DNA of 53,995 nucleotides from a virus (Duplodnaviria; Caudoviricetes): IMG/VR virus record IMGVR_UViG_3300013101_000012, positions 1 to 53,995 of that record; one strand, 5' to 3'. Shown piece by piece: positions 45,964 to 53,995 of this stretch (position 1 is its first letter; each line of letters starts with the position of its first letter). The notes under the pieces were generated by a model. It saw only the letters and a program-made list of their open reading frames with translations, ran no database searches and was not told where the DNA came from. The position numbers and the translations under genes were made by a program.

Positions 45964-46266
45964 ATGTCAAAAGCAAAAGACCTATTAGAAGAACTGGGGA
46001 GAGTACTCCCTGAGCTTTTTAAAGAACCTATTCAAGAGTTTGAAGAAGAAGAGGAAGAAGTAGATAATGATGCTATGGATTTAAAACCAGGTGATACTGC
46101 TGTCATTGATCTTGAAGTCAAAGTTACTATGAATAAAGAGAGTGACATGGGTGATGATGATGAAGAAGATACAGATGAGTTAGATGATCTGTTAGGTGGT
46201 GCTGGTGAAATGGCCCCTCCGATGCCAGGAGAAGGTGAAGGTCCAGGGCCTGCCTTTAATATGTAA
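45964..46266 (+). CDS. very acidic protein with leader MSKAKDLLEE, inside the baseplate cluster
   Basis: GGAGG RBS; leader motif. Confidence 0.75.
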   Translation: MSKAKDLLEELGRVLPELFKEPIQEFEEEEEEVDNDAMDLKPGDTAVIDLEVKVTMNKESDMGDDDEEDTDELDDLLGGAGEMAPPMPGEGEGPGPAFNM

Positions 46267-46269
46267 CCT

Positions 46270-46632
46270 ATGGCCCTCAGTGACTTAAACCAGTTTACTC
46301 CTCTTGAAAGTCAAATTGTAGAGGACTCTGAAGTGATATATCAGAGTATTTATAATTTGCTATCCACTAAACCAGGCGAGCGGTTGTTTCGCCCACATTT
46401 GGGTTTAGACTTAGATGACTGGTTATTTGAAATAATGAATGAAGATGCGATAAGCATTATTAAAAACCAGTTAATCAACTCTTTAAAAAGATTTGAGCCG
46501 AGGGTTGTTTTAGACATTCCAAATACTAAAATAGTCCCCCACCCAGAAAAACATAGTTATGAGATAGATATATCTTTTTCTATAATTGGGCTTGGGGGAG
46601 AATTTAACTTAACAGGTGAGCTAACAAGATGA
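46270..46632 (+). CDS. baseplate gp25-like protein
   Basis: NLLSTKPGERLFRPHLG..FEPRV. Confidence 0.92.
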   Translation: MALSDLNQFTPLESQIVEDSEVIYQSIYNLLSTKPGERLFRPHLGLDLDDWLFEIMNEDAISIIKNQLINSLKRFEPRVVLDIPNTKIVPHPEKHSYEIDISFSIIGLGGEFNLTGELTR

Positions 46633-48926
46633 AGGATACTTGGGTAATCAATCCAAATTCAGTTGATTTTAGATCTATATTAAGCGATATCAATTCGTAT
46701 GTTGGCACACACCCAGACTCAAGTAAGTGGGATAATTATTTCTCTACTGGCGTTGGTCAGACGATGCTTGAACTCATCGCGGGGATGGCATCATATTTCG
46801 AATATCAATCTATTGTCGGGAGAAGAGAAGCATATTTTCAGTATGCCCAGAACAGATCATCCTTGATAGGAGCGTCCCAGTATTTGGGATATTCAGTATT
46901 TCGTGGTGATAACCCTAAATTACGATTAACTGTCCTAGCTAATACAACTATATCATTAGAAAGATTTGATCTTATAGGTACTATTTCTAACTATGATCTT
47001 CTTTTATTAAACGACATAACTTTAGTGGCAGGAACGCCAATAACTTTTGATGTTGTTGTAGGTCTTATTAAAACAGAATCTCTTTTAGCCTCTTCTAGCT
47101 CTTTAGGGATCTTTAGATTTATTCAGGTGGGCGTTTCTGAAGAGTTGTCAGTTAAAATTGATGATCAAGTTGTCACAGTGTCAAAGCAAATAAAAGACCT
47201 TGATACTTCTCAGTTTATAGTTATTACTAACCCTTATGAGTCTGTGGACTTATTTTCTCTAAACCCAATAACATCAGAAAACAAATACATAGCAAATTCT
47301 GTTATTGAGTTAAGCTATGTTGAATTACAGAATGTAGAAATTGATTCCTCCAAAGTTACCTTCAATTATGGGTCTATTATAGATACTGAGATCCTTAGTC
47401 TGTTTTTAACGGAGGAAAAAAATGATTCGATAAAGCTTCATGCGCCTCTTTACTTTGAGACTCAGTTTATTATTAGAGCTAGAAATGATGTAGAAAAAAT
47501 CGTAATCCTATCGTCTCCAAAATATATTGATGCTAAAGGAGTAGATGTAAGTCTCGGCGTTATTGACGTTTCCATACTAAAAGCTGATTTATCTACCCTT
47601 AATTATTTAGAGGTAGGTGAGTTAACTGTATTTTTTGAGTCAATTCGACAATTTGGAATGATGCCGCCTTCTTGGTCAAACGCTTTAAGAGTTCCCGTAA
47701 CTGTGGGCATAGATATTGTGCTACTTCCACCAACGCCAGGAACACTAGCGCAGGAAGTTTCAGATATTATTCAAAGTTATTCTAAGCAACTAGATTTAGT
47801 TTTAGACTTTGAGGAAATTGAGATGCGGATAGAAGACCTTGGTGGTGTAAAAGTTGCCAGGGCATTTTTTAGTGGGAATTCTTGGTCAAATGATTTTCGT
47901 TACCAGATGGGTGAAACCCTAGATACAGGTGATTCTACTTTTATTCAACAGTGTGGTCACCTCTTATATAAATCAGGCACAACAGAACCTGTTTGGGCTT
48001 TAACTCTGGGCCAAAATGTAGAAGATAATAGAGTTATCTGGGTTACTGAAGCTCGTGATAATGATGAGGTTCTACCTGCTTGGGAATTTGGGAAACATTA
48101 TAATGTCGGCGACTACGTTATCCCGGTAAACCCTGGGGTGAATTCTGACGACACTATTGCTCTTATTGATGACTCCCCACCTAACTTTTTAGATCAAAAA
48201 TATTTCGTCTTGGATGTTGGAGATGGTGTAACTCTTGGAGTTATCTTTGATACAGGAGCAGGAAACCCTGCGGTCCCTACTGGGGCCACACGAGATGTAA
48301 CAATACCAATATCCTCTGGGGAATTTGCTCCGAACATCGCAGTAATCCTGGGCCCTCTTTTAGAAGCAGACCCTGGAATTGCTTTAGCTGTTATAAATAT
48401 AAACGATGTTAAAATAACACAAGAAACTTCTGGCCCACGAGTACATGACTCAGGAACCTCGACGATGACTATTACCAATAATATTCCTGGGGATGCTGGT
48501 GATACTTTTATGTATAAATGTATTAATAATGTAAATTTGTCGGGAGCAACAGAACCTATTTGGCCGAAAGTTCAAGGAAGAGGATTGGGGGATATGGTAG
48601 GGGTAACTTTTCAAGATAACGATCTTCTGTGGACTACTGTGTTAAAGGAAGGGGTTCCTACAACATGGACAGCTAATGTAGATTATAGCCTTGGAGATAT
48701 AGTAGAGCCCTCAGACCCTATTATCTCAGATACCGAAGGGCTGATGTTTCAAGTAGCTAACTTTCTAGGACTTTCAGGGGCAACAGAACCTACTTGGCCG
48801 AGTGCCGAGGGAGCAGAATCTCCTGACTATCAAGTTATGTGGGTAACAAAAGGAAAAAGTGTTGCTGCACCTTTAGACTATAATCAATATTATTTAATAA
48901 ATGAAAAAATTACTACGAGGACTTAA
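46629..48926 (+). CDS. baseplate wedge (gp6/J-like) with three CBM5/12-like W-rich repeats and one inserted beta-domain
   Basis: DFRSI..MLELIA..REAYFQYAQNRSS..LGY; W....Y..GD..SGATEP.W repeats at ~47880-48850. Confidence 0.82.
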   Translation: MKDTWVINPNSVDFRSILSDINSYVGTHPDSSKWDNYFSTGVGQTMLELIAGMASYFEYQSIVGRREAYFQYAQNRSSLIGASQYLGYSVFRGDNPKLRLTVLANTTISLERFDLIGTISNYDLLLLNDITLVAGTPITFDVVVGLIKTESLLASSSSLGIFRFIQVGVSEELSVKIDDQVVTVSKQIKDLDTSQFIVITNPYESVDLFSLNPITSENKYIANSVIELSYVELQNVEIDSSKVTFNYGSIIDTEILSLFLTEEKNDSIKLHAPLYFETQFIIRARNDVEKIVILSSPKYIDAKGVDVSLGVIDVSILKADLSTLNYLEVGELTVFFESIRQFGMMPPSWSNALRVPVTVGIDIVLLPPTPGTLAQEVSDIIQSYSKQLDLVLDFEEIEMRIEDLGGVKVARAFFSGNSWSNDFRYQMGETLDTGDSTFIQQCGHLLYKSGTTEPVWALTLGQNVEDNRVIWVTEARDNDEVLPAWEFGKHYNVGDYVIPVNPGVNSDDTIALIDDSPPNFLDQKYFVLDVGDGVTLGVIFDTGAGNPAVPTGATRDVTIPISSGEFAPNIAVILGPLLEADPGIALAVININDVKITQETSGPRVHDSGTSTMTITNNIPGDAGDTFMYKCINNVNLSGATEPIWPKVQGRGLGDMVGVTFQDNDLLWTTVLKEGVPTTWTANVDYSLGDIVEPSDPIISDTEGLMFQVANFLGLSGATEPTWPSAEGAESPDYQVMWVTKGKSVAAPLDYNQYYLINEKITTRT

Positions 48927-49600
48927 TGGGCCCGGAACTTTCAGATTCTAAATCATTTTTACCTGAAGCACTCCAAAAGTATGACTTCTGGACTATGGTT
49001 TGTGATCTTATAGATTATGGAATAGCTCCAGGCTTATCTGCTAATGAAGATGTAGTTTATAAATATATAAGACCAGAAATAGTTCGAGAAGAAGTTATTA
49101 AAGAAATACTTATTGAGATGGGTTATGGGTATCTCGTTGATTTAATGGATACCATAACAAATTACTCGTTTAATGATCTTTTATCCTTCTTTGCTTGGGT
49201 TCAACAGATGAAGGGTTCAAAGTTAGGTTATCAACTAACCTTAAAATTACTTGGACTAGATGTAGCACTTCAGGAATGGTGGGAATCTGGTGAGCCCACT
49301 CCTTGGACACATGATATTGTTATTTTAATTGATACTTCTTATATAAAAGATATTGATTTAACATTACAGAAAGTTAGGGATTTTTCTCGTAACTATGTTT
49401 ACTCACATTTAGATACTATTAGATTAACATACACGCCAGATATTTTTGCTTCAAATAAAGCAGTTATGGGTGGTTTTAGTATGAGTTTAAGCAAGGGTAA
49501 CTGGTTTGCTAGAACGGATAGAAATCCAATATACTGTGGGTACAGATGTACTAGCACCACCTGCTCAACAAATGTGCCACTTGTGCCTTTAATGGAGTGA
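48926..49600 (+). CDS. baseplate wedge / P2 gpI-like protein
   Basis: FLPE..; MKGSKLG..LLG..QEWWE. Confidence 0.7.
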   Translation: MGPELSDSKSFLPEALQKYDFWTMVCDLIDYGIAPGLSANEDVVYKYIRPEIVREEVIKEILIEMGYGYLVDLMDTITNYSFNDLLSFFAWVQQMKGSKLGYQLTLKLLGLDVALQEWWESGEPTPWTHDIVILIDTSYIKDIDLTLQKVRDFSRNYVYSHLDTIRLTYTPDIFASNKAVMGGFSMSLSKGNWFARTDRNPIYCGYRCTSTTCSTNVPLVPLME

Positions 49601-49604
49601 TAAC

Positions 49605-50354
49605 ATGGCGATAATTATTTGTAAAATTTGTGACCATACTTGCTCTAAAAGCAGTTTTGGGGCTCACCTGAGAAGCTTACATAATATTTCTAAAAAACTT
49701 TATTTTGATAAGTATCTAGGAAATCCTAACCGTTGTAGGACTTGTGGAGAAGAGACTAATTGGAATGACCAAAAATTTTCATACCGAAAGTATTGTTCTA
49801 ATGCTTGTGTAGGCAAAGACCCAAAAAATAGAAAAATAAACTCAGAAAAGATGAAAGCTAATCATAAAAATCCTGTTTTTAAAAAAGCTCATGCAGCTTG
49901 GACAAGTAAGTACCTTAAAAAAGCTCATCAAGATTCAACAGTACACTCTAAAAGATTATCTGGGATAGATAAGGCAAGAAATACAAAAAAATATAAAGAA
50001 ATGCTTTCTAATAATGGTCTTAAAGCACATAAGAATTTTAATATCAATACGCCTTACCCTTATAAAAATACTATTATGCGTTCATTGTATGAAGTTAGAT
50101 TTGCTACCCTCTGTGATAAGAATAATGTTGAATGGGAGTATGAAACTAAAATTTTTAAGGGGCCTTTTGGGGCATACGTTTTGGATTTTTTTCTTCCAGA
50201 AGCAGAGGAGTATGTGGAAATTAAAGGAAAAGATAGAAGTAAAAGGTATGGTAAAAAAATTTTGAGCGTTAAAAAATTTATGAAAGAAGAAGACAAAGAA
50301 TTACATATCCTCACGCATGATGATGTAATTCCTTTCCTTGAAAGGAGGGTTTGA
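49605..50354 (+). mobile_element. free-standing homing endonuclease: Zn fingers, basic repeats and a PD-(D/E)xK domain
   Basis: CKIC..HLRSLH, CRTC..YCSNAC; MRSLYEVRFA..WEYE..YVLDFFLP..YVEIKG. Confidence 0.8.
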
Positions 50355-50356
50355 CA

Positions 50357-53300
50357 ATGGCCATCATAGGACTTTGGACTGATTCTGGAATTGGTAAAAC
50401 AATGGAAGCCGCAGGCAATGAGGGTTGGAATATTATTCCAACGGAATTTGGTGTTAGTAATGCCGCTGGTCTTTTAGACACAAGTAGAACTGACCCAAAT
50501 GCAGGTGAGTGGTTTAGGGGGTTAATATCTTCTAGGGTTGTTGTAGATACAAATACAATAAAAATTATCTGTACGATACCCCTTGGAGCAATACCTACAG
50601 GTATTGAGGTTATTAAAGAAATTTATATCTATGCTTATCTTGACCAAGGATCTGGGGTAACAGAAACCTTCTTAATTTCTCTAGGCCAACCAACAGAGAA
50701 TATACAATATGACCCTACGACCTCGATAACTTTTGAACTCCAGATGGCTATAGTCGATATAGACATCACACAGAACTATGTCTTCAATTCCACCCAAGCT
50801 ACAGAGTTAGAAGAACATCGTTATGACCCTGATTCTCACCCAGAAATAATAAAAGAGATGAAATATGCTGGGATGTTTCCAGCAGCAGGATATTTTCCAC
50901 AAGATTGGAATGGTCAAAATTATATAAAGGATGTTCAATTTGGTGGTACAAAGGCCACGACATCATATAACACCCTACAGTGGACAGCTAGGTATAACGG
51001 CACAGAAGGTAACTCCATCAATGTTATCGCCGATGGGGTTAAAACAGCTGATGAGCTACAACAAAATTGGAATAATGAAAACCCAGATAACTTAGTAGAC
51101 CATAACGGTGTAGGAACAGAAGTTCCCTCTGATGGAATTATCTCTTTAACTAGCGGTACATACTCCGTTTCAGACAGGGATATTGTTTATAGAGACGATG
51201 ATGGTTTATATAAGGCTGCACTTGCAGATAATACTTTAAAAACAAAGTTAACAGGTCAAGCAAGACTCGCAGATAGATTAGTTGTCGCACAAGGTTTTAT
51301 TAAAACTCCAGATATCTGGCCTAATGGACAACTTCTATATCTCTCAGACACAGTTCCTGGTGCTTTCACAAACACGGATACTAATGTTTTAGTTGCTTTA
51401 TCTCTCAGTGAAGGGGTGGCATTTTTAGCAGGATTCGGTGCTGCCTTTGGTGGCGGTGAAGCCACAGGATATGATGCCGTTGTAACTGATGTTCCTGGTG
51501 CTGGTCATTATCCCTCTACTCAAGAAGCTATAGATGCAGTAGCACCTGGATCTTCTATTTTAATTGATAAAACAGAATTAGTTTCATTTACTATTGAGCC
51601 CGCTGGCGAACAATATGATATTACGTTTAATGGCCCAAACACTGGATGGATGCGGGCCGCAGGTTCTAATCAAGTAAATTTAGTTACTTTCTCGTCTATC
51701 CCAGACAGTGGTACTTGGCGTATTGAGTGGAATAGTCAGGCAACAAGAGATATGCCTTTTGATGCAGATGCTACCACTGTGGCCTCTGAGATGAATTTAC
51801 TTGCAGGACATAATGGTATTGTTGTTACAGGTGATTACACTGCTGGATTCGTTATTGAATTTTTGGGGTTCTTATTCCCCTCCCAACCCCTAACATTTAC
51901 CGCTTCTGGCGTTAACGAGATTCAAAAATTTGTATTTAGTAATGTACCGACCGATGGAACATTAAGACTTAGGTTTAGGGGTGACACTTCTCCATTTATT
52001 GCCTTCAATGATTCCAATGCGGAAATAGATGTAGATATTGAGAGGATTGCATCCATTACAGAAGTTGATTTTTCTGGTGGTTTTTCTAATCAAAACTTTA
52101 CTATTGAATGGGTTGGAGTTGACGGGAATACCCCCTGGTCTATTGTTACCCCACTAATTACAAACACAGATTCTGCTGATTTTATGGAGGTTATCTATTC
52201 AAATTTAGCAGTAATTTTACCTTTTGATCCTACTTTTATTAATTCCCTTGATCCTGAGGCCAGTGCTGGGAATCTCCCGATTGATGCAACAGTAATTCAA
52301 GCAGGTAGTTACCCTGCTGCGAACCTCAAGCAGGGGGCAAATACTGTATTCATTGTTTCTACTCAAAGTCAGCAGGTAACTGCTGTCGGCCCTGATATCT
52401 GTTTTAATGTGGACGTTCCTAATATGCAGATTACAGGTAGAGGAGTAATTGAAAACTTTGAAATAGGTATTGAGTTAAACGAAATAAAAGGAACTCACCT
52501 AGAAGTAGACTTTTTAAATACAGTGATACCTATATCTTCAGGTGGTCTACGTTCCGAGGTAGATTTCCAGTCCACCTCCTCCGTAGGTTTCAGTAATGAA
52601 TTATCTGGATTAACAAAACTATCAGAACACCCAACAAATCCCTTTAGGGTAGTCCTAAGCTCTGCGGAAACCCCACTAATAACAGGGGCAAATTTAGGCA
52701 GGACTTTAGAGAACCTTCTTGTTGATTTTAAAGGTGCTGAGATTGACTTCAGTGATGGGAATATTTATGACGTAGATGGTGTGACGATAATTAGTACGTT
52801 TACCAAACCAATCATTACCAATAGTAATTGGAAGTGGTTTTCAGTGGCCTTACCAGAAACAGGCCCCACTGCAGATAACCGAGTAGGTTTGACTGTGGCC
52901 ATAGGCGAAGGGGCAGTTCAAGATCTAGACCCGGAGCTGGCAACAAGACCAGAAATCCAAGATGGTATTAGCGCAGGGTATCTTAAAATAAAGGGTGCTT
53001 TTGGTTTGAACGAAGTATCAACGGTTCAAACGATAGATGATACTAATGATATTTTAGATGGTCGTTATTTTATAATTTTTGATAGTGGTTTAGTTGTAGC
53101 AGAAGCTACAGATGCTGGTGTTAACTTTACCGCAGATGTTCCGGGCCCTATTGGAAATAGTATTTCGTTAGTTTTTACCCCTTCGGTTACTGAGGTAACT
53201 GATGTTACTTGTATTGATGCTCCATCGTTAGCAGGTACTGGGTTTACTTTATATGATTCAAGCTATTGGTATTCTGTGGATTCTGGCGGTGGTCCAGTAG

Positions 53301-53995
53301 GGACTGATCCAACCCCAGGTGGTACTGAGATATCTTTATTTTCATCAGACCTCGCAAGTGTTGTTACAACTAAAACCCAACTTAAAACGGGAGGTAGTGT
53401 AACAGGCTCAACTATTACAGTTACCGATCCCTTAGGCCCAAGAGAAAATGTTACTACTCCTGTAGACTTTGGGACTAACTTCACTATTGCAATCACTACT
53501 GCTGGAAACCTAGATACTATAAGTAAAGTTACAGGTGCTTGGAATGCAATCAATACAACTAATACAGTTAGCCATGATGGTGTTGGTACAGAAGTTCCTA
53601 CGCCCAAAACAATATCTTTATCAGGAGGTGGGAGTCTTCCAGGTACAACCTCTGTTGCTATCTGGCTTGATTTCACAGGATCAACCCCCGAACCTGCTCA
53701 TGGGGCCAGTAGATCTATTAAAATAGATTTAGTCTCTAATGACGACTCTATTACTATAGCAACTAAATTATCGGCAGCTATAAATGCTGATGCTTCTTTT
53801 AGTGCATCTAATATAAATAATAAGACCACAATTACTTGTTTAATCATTGGCCCCACCTCAGATGTCCAAGTTGGTACTTCTGCTTTCTTTGTTGCAGTAG
53901 AACAACAAGGTAAATTGCCTGACTCTATAGGGTTAGAACCTATAATAAACCCTAACATTATTCAGTTTGGAGCTGGGGGTGGCGGAGGCGGAGGC
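50357..53995 (+). CDS. tail fibre protein (>1213 aa, 3'-partial; not in ORF track)
   Basis: AGGAGG RBS; MAIIGLWTDSG..IKEIYIY..EHRYDPDSHPE (P2 gpH-like N-terminus); frame open to the window end (..FGAGGGGGGG). Confidence 0.85.
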   Translation, partial: MAIIGLWTDSGIGKTMEAAGNEGWNIIPTEFGVSNAAGLLDTSRTDPNAGEWFRGLISSRVVVDTNTIKIICTIPLGAIPTGIEVIKEIYIYAYLDQGSGVTETFLISLGQPTENIQYDPTTSITFELQMAIVDIDITQNYVFNSTQATELEEHRYDPDSHPEIIKEMKYAGMFPAAGYFPQDWNGQNYIKDVQFGGTKATTSYNTLQWTARYNGTEGNSINVIADGVKTADELQQNWNNENPDNLVDHNGVGTEVPSDGIISLTSGTYSVSDRDIVYRDDDGLYKAALADNTLKTKLTGQARLADRLVVAQGFIKTPDIWPNGQLLYLSDTVPGAFTNTDTNVLVALSLSEGVAFLAGFGAAFGGGEATGYDAVVTDVPGAGHYPSTQEAIDAVAPGSSILIDKTELVSFTIEPAGEQYDITFNGPNTGWMRAAGSNQVNLVTFSSIPDSGTWRIEWNSQATRDMPFDADATTVASEMNLLAGHNGIVVTGDYTAGFVIEFLGFLFPSQPLTFTASGVNEIQKFVFSNVPTDGTLRLRFRGDTSPFIAFNDSNAEIDVDIERIASITEVDFSGGFSNQNFTIEWVGVDGNTPWSIVTPLITNTDSADFMEVIYSNLAVILPFDPTFINSLDPEASAGNLPIDATVIQAGSYPAANLKQGANTVFIVSTQSQQVTAVGPDICFNVDVPNMQITGRGVIENFEIGIELNEIKGTHLEVDFLNTVIPISSGGLRSEVDFQSTSSVGFSNELSGLTKLSEHPTNPFRVVLSSAETPLITGANLGRTLENLLVDFKGAEIDFSDGNIYDVDGVTIISTFTKPIITNSNWKWFSVALPETGPTADNRVGLTVAIGEGAVQDLDPELATRPEIQDGISAGYLKIKGAFGLNEVSTVQTIDDTNDILDGRYFIIFDSGLVVAEATDAGVNFTADVPGPIGNSISLVFTPSVTEVTDVTCIDAPSLAGTGFTLYDSSYWYSVDSGGGPVGTDPTPGGTEISLFSSDLASVVTTKTQLKTGGSVTGSTITVTDPLGPRENVTTPVDFGTNFTIAITTAGNLDTISKVTGAWNAINTTNTVSHDGVGTEVPTPKTISLSGGGSLPGTTSVAIWLDFTGSTPEPAHGASRSIKIDLVSNDDSITIATKLSAAINADASFSASNINNKTTITCLIIGPTSDVQVGTSAFFVAVEQQGKLPDSIGLEPIINPNIIQFGAGGGGGGG

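Noticed and set aside
501-53958. All minus-strand ORFs and short alternative-frame plus ORFs in the track (e.g. 2398-2895, 33391-33933, 39746-40348)
   Set aside because: They shadow longer, motif-bearing + strand genes, and I saw no recognisable motifs in them.
1-53995. Genome-wide TAG reassignment (genetic code 15)
   Set aside because: Long genes are intact under code 11 and many end at TAG next to the following start. Only one suspicious amber was seen (14363).
1-53995. tRNA, rRNA or group I/II introns
   Set aside because: No cloverleaf or intron core recognised by eye; the terminase interruptions are in-frame inteins. A covariance-model scan was not possible.
50357-53995. Diversity-generating retroelement target
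   Set aside because: No reverse transcriptase or adenine-variant repeat pair in the window; the fibre C-terminus lies outside it.

Overview
This window is the left-to-right morphogenesis region of a large, AT-rich contractile-tailed phage with a T4-like (gp20/21/23/18/19-type) head and tail. Every credible gene is on the + strand. The order is: small early-type ORFs (1-4.6 kb); a repeat-rich, compositionally odd non-coding zone around one ORF (4.8-6.1 kb, possibly origin or pac); an array of small hypothetical genes (6.7-14.2 kb); a large terminase with four inteins; portal; protease-scaffold; major capsid; neck; a giant tail sheath; tube; tape measure; baseplate; a PD-(D/E)xK homing endonuclease; and a tail fibre that runs off the window end. 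Three things stand out. (1) About 20 otherwise unrelated ORFs share a short amphipathic leader ending in (I/L)LE or LIE that resembles the scaffold C-terminus. This is a candidate capsid cargo-loading and protease-cleavage system. (2) A ~100-aa beta-rich domain is recursively nested inside copies of itself in the sheath (6 copies), and also occurs in the tail fibre and baseplate wedge. (3) Two inteins are stacked back-to-back at the terminase Walker B with no extein residue between them. All family assignments are by-eye motif and synteny calls; no database searches were run.
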